DNA of 64,000 nucleotides. Source: a virus. Of this stretch, positions 9,050 to 16,997 are shown one piece after another; the first letter of the stretch is position 1; each line of letters opens with the position of its first letter. Both the position numbers and the translations under genes were made by a program. The notes below the pieces were generated by a model. The model was not told the origin of the DNA and searched no databases. It saw nothing but the letters and a program-made list of their open reading frames with translations. The DNA is taken from positions 32,001 through 96,000 of the IMG/VR virus record IMGVR_UViG_3300032288_004702; one strand, written 5' to 3'.

Positions 9050-10189
9050 ATGACTCGCCAGCGTCTATTCTTGGACATGAGCTGCGTCGACGCTGCTCGT
9101 CAGAGGATTAGGCACGTTTACGACACATTTGATACCGTATGTGTTCAGTTCTCCGGTGGGAAAGATTCAACTGCTGTTCTTCTGTTGGCAAAAGAAGTTC
9201 ATGAAGAGCGCGGTCTCGGGCCAGTAAAAGTTATATTCCGTGATGAGGAAATGGTTAGCCCTGTAGTGGCTGAATATGTGGAGAAGGTCCGCAACTATGA
9301 CTGGGTTGATATGGAGTGGTACTGCTTGCCATACCCAGCAGAAATCTGGGTTCTTGGTTATCGGATAACGACACTACTTTGGAGCCAGGAGCGCTTTGAG
9401 CAGGACAGATGGGTAAGACAAATGCCACCATGGGCCATAAGCGGAAAGCACTTTGGGCTTAGTCACAGCGTTTCATTACCGGAGCAGACCGATTACTACA
9501 CGATGCAGGGGAAGAAGGGAAACGTTGCCTTCCTTACTGGCGTTCGGGCGAGCGAATCGATGGTCAGATACAGGTCTATTGTCCAGAAACTGCACGAAAA
9601 CTACATAAATACTCCCTACAAACTCAAAAAGGGAATACCCCTAAAGTTCGCAAAAGTCATTTATGACTGGAACACAAATGATGTCTTCAAGTTCATAATC
9701 GAAGAACATGGAGCAGAGTACTGCGAATACTATGACCTGGCGGCACTAACTGGAAGCAATACGAGAGTCGGTATACCACTTCATGCTACTGCTATTAGAA
9801 GAATTGGTGACGTAATCGCTACTGAGCCAGAATTTTACGACAGATTATTTGAGTGTTTCCCGTACATCGACGCACAGCGCAGGCTTTGGCCAGAATTTGA
9901 TTCCGAACAGCTAATAGAAAGCTATGCGCGTTTTGGCTTTGATGGGGCATCTAGTTTTATTGATGAGTACCTAGTTGGGGATAGGCGCAAAACTGAAGCA
10001 CGAGCATATGTCTCCAAGTTTAGAAAAAAACACCTAACAGACCCTCACGGGTACCCCGTTAGCTGGCTAATCAGAAATCTTATGCTTAACGATATCGACG
10101 TTAACTCCCCAACTCCAGTTGGGCCCAAAACAAAAGCCCACTCAATCAGGGCCGTGGAAATGGAAAGAGCTGATATTTATGAGTATTAA
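9050..10189 (+). CDS. PAPS-reductase superfamily protein (IbrA/YbdN-like)
   Basis: AARQRIRHVYD, PP-loop FSGGKDS, FRDEE, GVRASES-x2-R, IYDW-x3-DVF. Confidence 0.88.
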   Translation: MTRQRLFLDMSCVDAARQRIRHVYDTFDTVCVQFSGGKDSTAVLLLAKEVHEERGLGPVKVIFRDEEMVSPVVAEYVEKVRNYDWVDMEWYCLPYPAEIWVLGYRITTLLWSQERFEQDRWVRQMPPWAISGKHFGLSHSVSLPEQTDYYTMQGKKGNVAFLTGVRASESMVRYRSIVQKLHENYINTPYKLKKGIPLKFAKVIYDWNTNDVFKFIIEEHGAEYCEYYDLAALTGSNTRVGIPLHATAIRRIGDVIATEPEFYDRLFECFPYIDAQRRLWPEFDSEQLIESYARFGFDGASSFIDEYLVGDRRKTEARAYVSKFRKKHLTDPHGYPVSWLIRNLMLNDIDVNSPTPVGPKTKAHSIRAVEMERADIYEY

Positions 10190-10736
10190 TATTGAATATG
10201 TTGACCCATCTGTCCTTTCTGTACCAGATTGGCGCGCAACATATACTCTCAGGCCTGAGATGCTTGTTATTTCCGCATCTTTATCGCAGTTTGGATTTAT
10301 TCAGCCCATTCACGTCCGGCGAGAAACGGGCGAAATTATTGACGGTTCCGAAAGGTTCTTGCTGGCAACGAATATTCCACAAATATTAAGAAAAAGCTCA
10401 GGGAAGGTACCTGTTGTATTTCACGATGTTGACAAAATTGATGCAATGTTGATGCATTTGAGGCTCAACAGGGGTCATTCTCAGGTTCTGGCGCTCAAGA
10501 CTTCAAGCATAATTAGGTCAGTAAAGCGTTCTGGTAAATATGGTGTTGCCGACTTTGAGGACATGCTCTGCATGAGGGCTGAAGAATTATCGATAATGCT
10601 CGATGGTTCGTTGCTTAAAACTAGAAAACTGAAGGAGCATAACTATGCTCGCGCATGGATACCAATCGAGGCTCCCCCGGGTTCAATGGAGCAAGACCCT
10701 CTTTCTATTGAAAGACCCCCAAATCCTGACAGATAA
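10179..10736 (+). CDS. ParB-like protein (IbrB/YbdM-like)
   Basis: SLSQFGFIQPI, IIDGSER, RLNRG; overlaps the stop of the PAPS-reductase gene; ATG 10179 preferred over 10119. Confidence 0.8.
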   Translation: MSINIEYVDPSVLSVPDWRATYTLRPEMLVISASLSQFGFIQPIHVRRETGEIIDGSERFLLATNIPQILRKSSGKVPVVFHDVDKIDAMLMHLRLNRGHSQVLALKTSSIIRSVKRSGKYGVADFEDMLCMRAEELSIMLDGSLLKTRKLKEHNYARAWIPIEAPPGSMEQDPLSIERPPNPDR

Positions 10737-10782
10737 ATAAAGTCATTTTCTGGTATATTTAGAAAAAGACCAGAGGAGCCAC

Positions 10783-11505
10783 ATGCCCGGAGTACGCTAC
10801 GGCCCAGACATTACAGACGACGCTGCACAAATTCTTGACTTTGTCAGGGATGCTCAGGCGCGCATGCGAAAGGGTCTAAAGCTTTCTAAGCGCGACCAGG
10901 GCAGGTATGACGCATTTAGGGATGTCGCAGATAAGGTTTTCGGAGTCGGGAACAAGCGTTTTGACAAGGGGCAGTTTGGCGACCTTGCTGTACTAGCGCA
11001 ATATGGTGGCTCCAAGTCGCGCAGTAAGATAGCCAAGAGCTGGCGAACCGGCGGACAAATGAAAAAGTCCGTCACTCAGGAATTCATAGACAGAGGAACT
11101 CCTGGTGGCCGCAAGGCTGGAAGTACAAAAACGCCAAGCGATGCATGGTATGTCGGCAGAACAAATCCAAAACGACTACGCGAGGCAACCGCGCGCGCAC
11201 AGCGGCGTATGAATAGAAATGGAGCCACTTTTGGAAAAACCAAAATTGCTCCTCGTTCGACAAAGCCAGACAACTTTTTGGCGCAAGTTGACAAGCTTAA
11301 TATAACAAAAGCCAGAACGGGCTCGAGCGACATAGTCAACAGGCCTCGCGGAACCACGTCAGTTCGGAAACCGGGCGCACCAATTAGGCCACCGCTGCCA
11401 AAGTCTGCGGCGCGTGCGCAACAGCGTAAGCGAGCAAAGACTGGTACTAAGAAAGCTAGAGAATTGGCCGGGAAGGGCAAAACGGGTGGCAAGCGGAAGA
11501 AGTAA
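10783..11505 (+). CDS. Highly basic (Arg/Lys-rich) protein
   Basis: gagga RBS, own -10 (TGGTATATT), strongly K/R-rich. Confidence 0.75.
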   Translation: MPGVRYGPDITDDAAQILDFVRDAQARMRKGLKLSKRDQGRYDAFRDVADKVFGVGNKRFDKGQFGDLAVLAQYGGSKSRSKIAKSWRTGGQMKKSVTQEFIDRGTPGGRKAGSTKTPSDAWYVGRTNPKRLREATARAQRRMNRNGATFGKTKIAPRSTKPDNFLAQVDKLNITKARTGSSDIVNRPRGTTSVRKPGAPIRPPLPKSAARAQQRKRAKTGTKKARELAGKGKTGGKRKK

Positions 11506-11524
11506 TCTTGGCTCTTGGGCCAGA

Positions 11525-11917
11525 CTAGTCTCCGATTATTTTTTCATCATGGCGCCCAAACCCAGAGTCTCTCCCAAGGTCTTCTAGATAGTCCTCATAG
11601 AAAATATGGTCATCTCTGCCGATGTCCTCATTTATTAGAAAATCTTTTACCGATTTCGCCGGCTTCAGGCTTGCGATGTAATTCCCGTCGTTATCTTTGC
11701 CCAGAATCTTTATTCCGGTTGACGCCATTGCCGAAACTGTCATATCCCACAGGAAATCAGAGAAATCCTCCATGGCCCCCTCTTCATCGAGGCCCTCCTG
11801 TTCTTCCTCTAGGTAAAAAAACAAAACCTTCATGACGTTCTCAAAAACATCGACAGCTGCTGCTCTTTTTGACCCTTCATCGACAAAGAAATCAATTGAA
11901 GAAATATTTGTTTTCAC
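11525..11917 (-). CDS. Acidic hypothetical protein (paralog A)
   Basis: D/E-rich; MASTGIKILGKDNDGNYIASLKP is similar to the neighbouring ORF. Confidence 0.75.
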   Translation of the reverse strand: MKTNISSIDFFVDEGSKRAAAVDVFENVMKVLFFYLEEEQEGLDEEGAMEDFSDFLWDMTVSAMASTGIKILGKDNDGNYIASLKPAKSVKDFLINEDIGRDDHIFYEDYLEDLGRDSGFGRHDEKIIGD

Positions 11918-12216
11918 TGTAAGCCATTCTCCTTGCCAAAATGCTCTAATGAATCATACGGTTTAAATCTGGCCACGTATTCGCCGTGGGGGTTTTCCCC
12001 TATTACGTCCATTCCGGCTACGGCCATAATTATTGATGCCATACCGGAAGATTCCTCAATAAGTTCATCGAACTCATTCTCGGACATTGGTTCATCGTCC
12101 GGCATGAAGGCCATGAAAATCACCCTCGTAACCCTGTCAAGTATTTCTTGATTAATGTCTGATTTTTCAGAATTATCAAACTTCTTGGATACCTGAAATA
12201 TCTCATTTTTCTGCAC
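11914..12216 (-). CDS. Acidic hypothetical protein (paralog B)
   Basis: MAVAGMDVIGENPHGEYVARFKP; GTG 12216 lies 7 nt after a -10 (leaderless). Confidence 0.72.
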   Translation of the reverse strand: MQKNEIFQVSKKFDNSEKSDINQEILDRVTRVIFMAFMPDDEPMSENEFDELIEESSGMASIIMAVAGMDVIGENPHGEYVARFKPYDSLEHFGKENGLQ

Positions 12217-12223
12217 GGTTGCA

Positions 12224-12252
12224 AATCTACACCCTGACAGTGGCCTGGTCAA
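12224..12252 (-). promoter_or_regulatory. Canonical sigma70-type promoter TTGACC-N17-TAGATT
   Basis: Near-consensus hexamers with 17-nt spacer, 7 nt from a GTG start. Confidence 0.7.
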
Positions 12253-12336
12253 CGCCCCCTGCGTCCCCAGATATTAACTAGGTGTTAGAATTTGATACCG
12301 CATTTATTTGCAAAATCGCTTTAAACGGGAGCAGCC

Positions 12337-12981
12337 ATGATTGTCTCAGTCAACGATGTCAAGACATACATGGATATCAAGCTTTCTGCGCGTCAAGAGG
12401 ATGCCGCAGAAATCATTTTAGCCGGGCTACAGAGCGAGCTTGAGTCATTTCTGAGACGACCCATAGAGGTTGCGGAGTTTGAAGAAGAGCATCGACTCGA
12501 TGCCGGGCATGTCGGCGTGCCCATGGGGAGCTTCTTAACGGCAAACGACAATACGTATAACTCCTCATTTACGACCAGCCCGAGAAATGATATGACAACT
12601 TGGGCTACTCCGCCTCCGGCTATTTACTTCAAGAACACTCCAATAGTTTCGATACTGGAAGTAAAGGTCAAACCAGTTTTTGGACAGGAAAGGGTATTAG
12701 CGGAAGAGACCGATTACATACCAAGAAAATACGGAATAGATTACTATTATGGGTATTCAGACGACCTAGTCACCGTTACCTACACTGCTGGGCTAGATGG
12801 AGCGTCAATACCTGTTTTCAAGCTTCTCATACTGCGCGCAGCATCGCGTGAAATGCAGAACATGCACGACGATGTGGTTGGAGTCAAGGACATCACCACG
12901 CGAAATACTGGACCGTTGGTGACGGGGTTTCTTGATAGCGAGCTGGCGACTGTCCGCAAGTACCGTCGTGTCAGGGCGTAA
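12337..12981 (+). CDS. Head-tail adaptor/connector
   Basis: VSVNDVKTYM...LESFLRR N-terminus and VTVTYTAG motif; first gene of the neck block. Confidence 0.75.
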   Translation: MIVSVNDVKTYMDIKLSARQEDAAEIILAGLQSELESFLRRPIEVAEFEEEHRLDAGHVGVPMGSFLTANDNTYNSSFTTSPRNDMTTWATPPPAIYFKNTPIVSILEVKVKPVFGQERVLAEETDYIPRKYGIDYYYGYSDDLVTVTYTAGLDGASIPVFKLLILRAASREMQNMHDDVVGVKDITTRNTGPLVTGFLDSELATVRKYRRVRA

Positions 12982-12983
12982 TA

Positions 12984-13484
12984 ATGGCCGGTAAAGAAGT
13001 TTTTGTCTACATTAAAGACGTTGACTTTCATGGAGAAGACGCCAAAGACCGTCTCGAAAACATGAAAGACCGGGCGAAAAAAATGAGCCCTGTTTTGCAT
13101 TGGGCAAAAAATTACCTAGAGCGCGCTTACTCAAAAAACTTCACAACAATGGGTTCGTTGTCGGCCAAAGCGATGCTCAAAGGGGCATGGCCGCCCCTTG
13201 ATGAAGAGTATGCATCATGGAAGTTCGAGAGGGTCCCCGGTGCTCCGCCACTTGTGTTGACTGGAGAGCTTTTCAGAAGCGTTGCGAACATGGCATCAAG
13301 CCCCAAAAATGTAATAAGCGATATGGAGGGAACGTTTGTTATTGATAGCCCAATAGCTAAGTTCCATCAATACGGCACACAGGACATGCCGGCTCGCAAA
13401 ATTTTATTTGTTCCTCGTGACTTTGACAGGGACATCAATAAAAAGGCGACAAAATACATAGTTGAAGGAAGCAAGCTGACATGA
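12984..13484 (+). CDS. Virion morphogenesis protein (Mu gpG / P2 gpS-like)
   Basis: WPPL, LVLTGELFRS, AKFHQYGTQDMPARKIL. Confidence 0.82.
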   Translation: MAGKEVFVYIKDVDFHGEDAKDRLENMKDRAKKMSPVLHWAKNYLERAYSKNFTTMGSLSAKAMLKGAWPPLDEEYASWKFERVPGAPPLVLTGELFRSVANMASSPKNVISDMEGTFVIDSPIAKFHQYGTQDMPARKILFVPRDFDRDINKKATKYIVEGSKLT

Positions 13485-14089
13485 CGGCCCTAATGAATGG
13501 CTCACACTTCGCGAAGAAGTATGTCAATGATTATTTAAAAGCTGACCTGCCAATAAGACTCATTCGATATAGGAACGGCTGGAATCTCGATAGCACCGCA
13601 CTTCCGGACCCAGGGCAATTCATTGCCTACGAACCTTTGGCCATTGATGAGTGGCCGTCGATAATTACCGTCGCCTTATCAATGACTGGCTTGGAGCGTA
13701 TTGGTTATGACAGCACTGACCCCCTATACCGCGTCGGCTACAGCATGAGGACATATATATGGGTTAGGGACGAAGGCAACGAAGACACAACACTCATGAG
13801 AGACAGGCTGACAACAGTTGTTAGAAGTGCGCTTCTTGACTATCCATGTCTTAAGGCGTATGACTCAAGAACCACATTTAGGGCATTGATTTCGGAAAAT
13901 AGTATCCGTGAAGAATATTCCGATATCACTTTGCTTAAAGGCGACAGGATGATGGCCGGCGCATACATTGCTTACACGCTGGAACTTGATGAAGTAGTAA
14001 CACGCGAACCTCTTGGAATTGTTTCTGAAGTTGAGATAGAAGCAAGGTCTGCCGGCGCTGGTCAGGAAATGCCGTCCCTAAATGACTGA
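13481..14089 (+). CDS. Tail completion/terminator-like protein
   Basis: Position immediately before sheath; WPSIITV motif. Confidence 0.6.
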   Translation: MTALMNGSHFAKKYVNDYLKADLPIRLIRYRNGWNLDSTALPDPGQFIAYEPLAIDEWPSIITVALSMTGLERIGYDSTDPLYRVGYSMRTYIWVRDEGNEDTTLMRDRLTTVVRSALLDYPCLKAYDSRTTFRALISENSIREEYSDITLLKGDRMMAGAYIAYTLELDEVVTREPLGIVSEVEIEARSAGAGQEMPSLND

Positions 14090-14115
14090 AAACGTTCTTT
14101 TAAAAGTTCAATTCA

Positions 14116-14151
14116 TAGTTGCACAAAATAATAGAATCTCGTCTGTACAAT
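14116..14151 (+). promoter_or_regulatory. Putative late promoter TAGTTGC-N23-TACAAT
   Basis: Recurring motif; upstream of sheath gene. Confidence 0.62.
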
Positions 14152-14194
14152 TGACCATACAAACGGGATTCCCTATTCGAAACAGTGAGGTCCT

Positions 14195-15652
14195 ATGCCT
14201 GGCGTAGTCATTTCAACTTCAGTTAGAACCGGTCCATCAACGGAGACAGTTCGCGAGTCATCTCAGCTCTTCATTGTCGGCCTAACTGAGCGTGGTCCGT
14301 CCGACGAGCCAGTGCTTGTAGAAAGCCTTGCCGAGTTCGAGGATATTTTTGGTGGATACCAGTCGTGGTCGTACACCCATCCAACAATGGAGACATTCTT
14401 TGAAGAGGGCGGAACTCGCGCCTATGTGGCACGTGCCGTTGGGGCATCAGCCACCGTTGGTTCATTGACGCTGGTTGATGACGGTGATGATGATGTAATT
14501 ACGCTTACCGCAAACGGCGCAGGTGCATGGAGCGCCGATGTGGCAGTCAGCGTTTCGCACCCGACAGCATCGACTTTTAAGATTGACATCTGGTATGACG
14601 ATGTTCTTAAGTACACAACTGGAAATGTTTCTAGCGCTTCACAGGCTGTCGGTCGCATTAATCTGAGCGCTGTTGCAACACGTTACGTAACCGCGTCAGT
14701 AGATGACGCCACACTAACGCCAGCAGTTCTTTCTACTACTGCTCTCAGTGCCGGCAACGACCAAAAGGCTCTTGTGGATACTGGCGTATATGCAGCACAG
14801 CTTGAACTCTTCAATGATGCTCTTGGTGCCGGTGCTGTAGTGTGTGCCGAGGATTCAAGCGATGCTATGGGTGTCGAGCTAATTACGCACGCCAATACAT
14901 ATAGCCGGGTTGCTCTATTGTTCGATAGTGAAACAGCGACGGCCGCAGACGTCAAGACAAAGGCACTTTCGCTCCAGGCAGAATCTGGCTCGGAGCACGC
15001 GGCACTGTATTACCCATGGGTAGAGGTTCCTACTGGAACTCCAGGCGTTACACGCTTTATCCCACCGATTGGGTATGTTGCCGGCAAGCGTGCGGTCGCA
15101 CATAACCAGACCGGGCCACATCTACCTGCAGCAGGTTTGCTGTCATCGGCAAAATTCGTGGTTGGGATTAAGAGCGACATCAATAAAACCGTTGGTGATG
15201 ACCTGGACGAAAACTATGTCAACGCTATCCGGGTGATTCAAAACACAATCAGAGTCTATGGAGCTCGCTCGCTTTCTGCTGACACAGACAACTTCCGCTA
15301 TATCACGCAACAAGATGTTGTCAATACAATCGTCACGGAATGCTACCGCTCAATAGAGGACGTAGTTTTCAGCTCAATCGACGGAAGAAACACCATCTTT
15401 GCCAATATCGAATCACGACTAATCTCGATTCTTTCGGTAATGCGCAACATCGGTGCTCTTTACCCCGCATTTGATGCAAATGGCCGCCAGCTGGACAATG
15501 GGTACATTGTGAAGTGTGACTCCTCACTGAACCCAACATTGCAACTGGCTGACGGTCTGGTCAAGGCAAAGGTTGGCGTCCGCGTCAGCAGCGTCGGGGA
15601 CAGAATCGAAATTGACATTGTCAAGTCGAACCTCACTTCAACAGTGGTTTAA
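14195..15652 (+). CDS. Tail sheath protein
   Basis: MPGVVI, GLTERGP, FFEEGG-x2-AYVAR, ALYYPWV, PPIGYVAG, VNAIR, VYGARSL. Confidence 0.95.
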   Translation: MPGVVISTSVRTGPSTETVRESSQLFIVGLTERGPSDEPVLVESLAEFEDIFGGYQSWSYTHPTMETFFEEGGTRAYVARAVGASATVGSLTLVDDGDDDVITLTANGAGAWSADVAVSVSHPTASTFKIDIWYDDVLKYTTGNVSSASQAVGRINLSAVATRYVTASVDDATLTPAVLSTTALSAGNDQKALVDTGVYAAQLELFNDALGAGAVVCAEDSSDAMGVELITHANTYSRVALLFDSETATAADVKTKALSLQAESGSEHAALYYPWVEVPTGTPGVTRFIPPIGYVAGKRAVAHNQTGPHLPAAGLLSSAKFVVGIKSDINKTVGDDLDENYVNAIRVIQNTIRVYGARSLSADTDNFRYITQQDVVNTIVTECYRSIEDVVFSSIDGRNTIFANIESRLISILSVMRNIGALYPAFDANGRQLDNGYIVKCDSSLNPTLQLADGLVKAKVGVRVSSVGDRIEIDIVKSNLTSTVV

Positions 15653-15668
15653 TCGGAGGAAGTAACCA

Positions 15669-16166
15669 ATGGCAAAAGTAGCGCAGAGACAAGTACTTGC
15701 AACAATCGTTCCAAGCACTTTTACCAATAACGCTAAGCAGCAAACCAACGTGCAGGTGAACTTGCCGAAATGGAATGAGTTCCGCTTTGCTCAGGTCTCC
15801 GGTGGTGAAATCACCGCTTCTGTGGAGAAGATTTACGAGGGTGGCAAGTCTCGCCCAACCGTACTGTGTGCTCCTTCAGAAATAGGTGACATCACGCTTA
15901 CGGCCCACTACGACGACGACATGAACGCGGCAGAGACGGCAGCCGGTATTGGTGCAAAAATCAAGGGTTTGCGTAAGTATGTGGGTACGGCCTACTACAA
16001 CATTACGGTATCCGTTTACGACTGCGACATCAAGGACCCGACAAACGACCGTGTTTACACAAATGCGCTCCTAGTTGGCATGACTGAGCCAGAGGGTGAC
16101 TCCTCATCTGGAGCCCCCGCTACATTCGCCCTAACATTTGCCATTTCTGACGTCGACGCCGTCTGA
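15669..16166 (+). CDS. Tail tube protein
   Basis: Follows sheath; FAQVSGGEI, GDITLT, D-S-S-S-G-x-x-A-x-F-x-L-T-F. Confidence 0.85.
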   Translation: MAKVAQRQVLATIVPSTFTNNAKQQTNVQVNLPKWNEFRFAQVSGGEITASVEKIYEGGKSRPTVLCAPSEIGDITLTAHYDDDMNAAETAAGIGAKIKGLRKYVGTAYYNITVSVYDCDIKDPTNDRVYTNALLVGMTEPEGDSSSGAPATFALTFAISDVDAV

Positions 16167-16172
16167 TTAGGC

Positions 16173-16208
16173 TAGTTGCACGAATGGCACACAGACGTGT
16201 GCTAGTTT
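16173..16208 (+). promoter_or_regulatory. Putative late promoter TAGTTGC-N23-TAGTTT (leaderless)
   Basis: Recurring motif; ATG 7 nt after the -10. Confidence 0.6.
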
Positions 16209-16215
16209 CTGCGGC

Positions 16216-16767
16216 ATGAGCGAAAATTCATTGTACGTAAGCGAAGACTCCGATGATGCCAAGGGCGGCAAGAAGTCGCCCCAGCGCGACAGCGGCCTAT
16301 CCCAGGTGAAGGAAGAGACTCAACTTGAGCGCCTTCGTTCTGTTGTTAAAAAGAAGGTTGAACGCCCTGTTGTCCACATCCAGGTCCCTGAGCGTCCAGG
16401 CGTAAGCATCCGGGTTAGCCCAAATATCACCCAGAGCCAAATGAAGAACTGGCGAAAGAATGCTGGTGAGGATTCACGAAACGGTCTTGATGCGACAAAG
16501 TTTGCCTGCCTTGTTATTGGACACACCACTGTCGGTATCTGCATGGATGATGAAGAGATTTTCGACGAGAATGGTAATAATCTCAACTTTGCCCACCCAT
16601 CAATTCTTGAGATGACAGAGACAACACGCCCAGTCCCAGATGCGGTTCGAGCAATGTTTGGAGTTGACCCGCACGTTGAGTCGGCTGCACTGGCAATCCT
16701 CGATGCCGCTGGATACTCGGACACGGTTGCGGCGGTGGACCCTACGAAGGAATCTTCGACGAACTAG
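16216..16767 (+). CDS. Tail assembly chaperone
   Basis: Lies between tube and tape measure genes; ends ...VDPTKESSTN. Confidence 0.8.
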   Translation: MSENSLYVSEDSDDAKGGKKSPQRDSGLSQVKEETQLERLRSVVKKKVERPVVHIQVPERPGVSIRVSPNITQSQMKNWRKNAGEDSRNGLDATKFACLVIGHTTVGICMDDEEIFDENGNNLNFAHPSILEMTETTRPVPDAVRAMFGVDPHVESAALAILDAAGYSDTVAAVDPTKESSTN

Positions 16768-16940
16768 TTGAAGATTCCATTGTCACTTCAGCCGCGAGGC
16801 TAGGGGAACTTTTCCACGTCAACCCATTAGAGATAATGGATGTATCTGATAATGACTGGATGATTCTGCTTGCCTGTGCTAAAGTTATAAGTAACGACCG
16901 CGAAGAGCAAGAGCGAAAGTCGAAGACTCAGGGAGCCTAG
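16740..16940 (+). CDS. Tail assembly chaperone -1 frameshift extension (gpGT-like)
   Basis: The -1 frame is open 16680-16940 and encodes GIFDELVEDSIVTSAARLGELFHVNPLEIMDVSDNDWMILLACAKVISNDREEQERKSKTQGA, with no good independent start. Confidence 0.72.
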   Translation, partial: PYEGIFDELVEDSIVTSAARLGELFHVNPLEIMDVSDNDWMILLACAKVISNDREEQERKSKTQGA

Positions 16941-16997
16941 TCCCATAGCTCGGCCGCCTTACACTCACGTGACTTAAAAATCACTCTGGAGTAAGTA

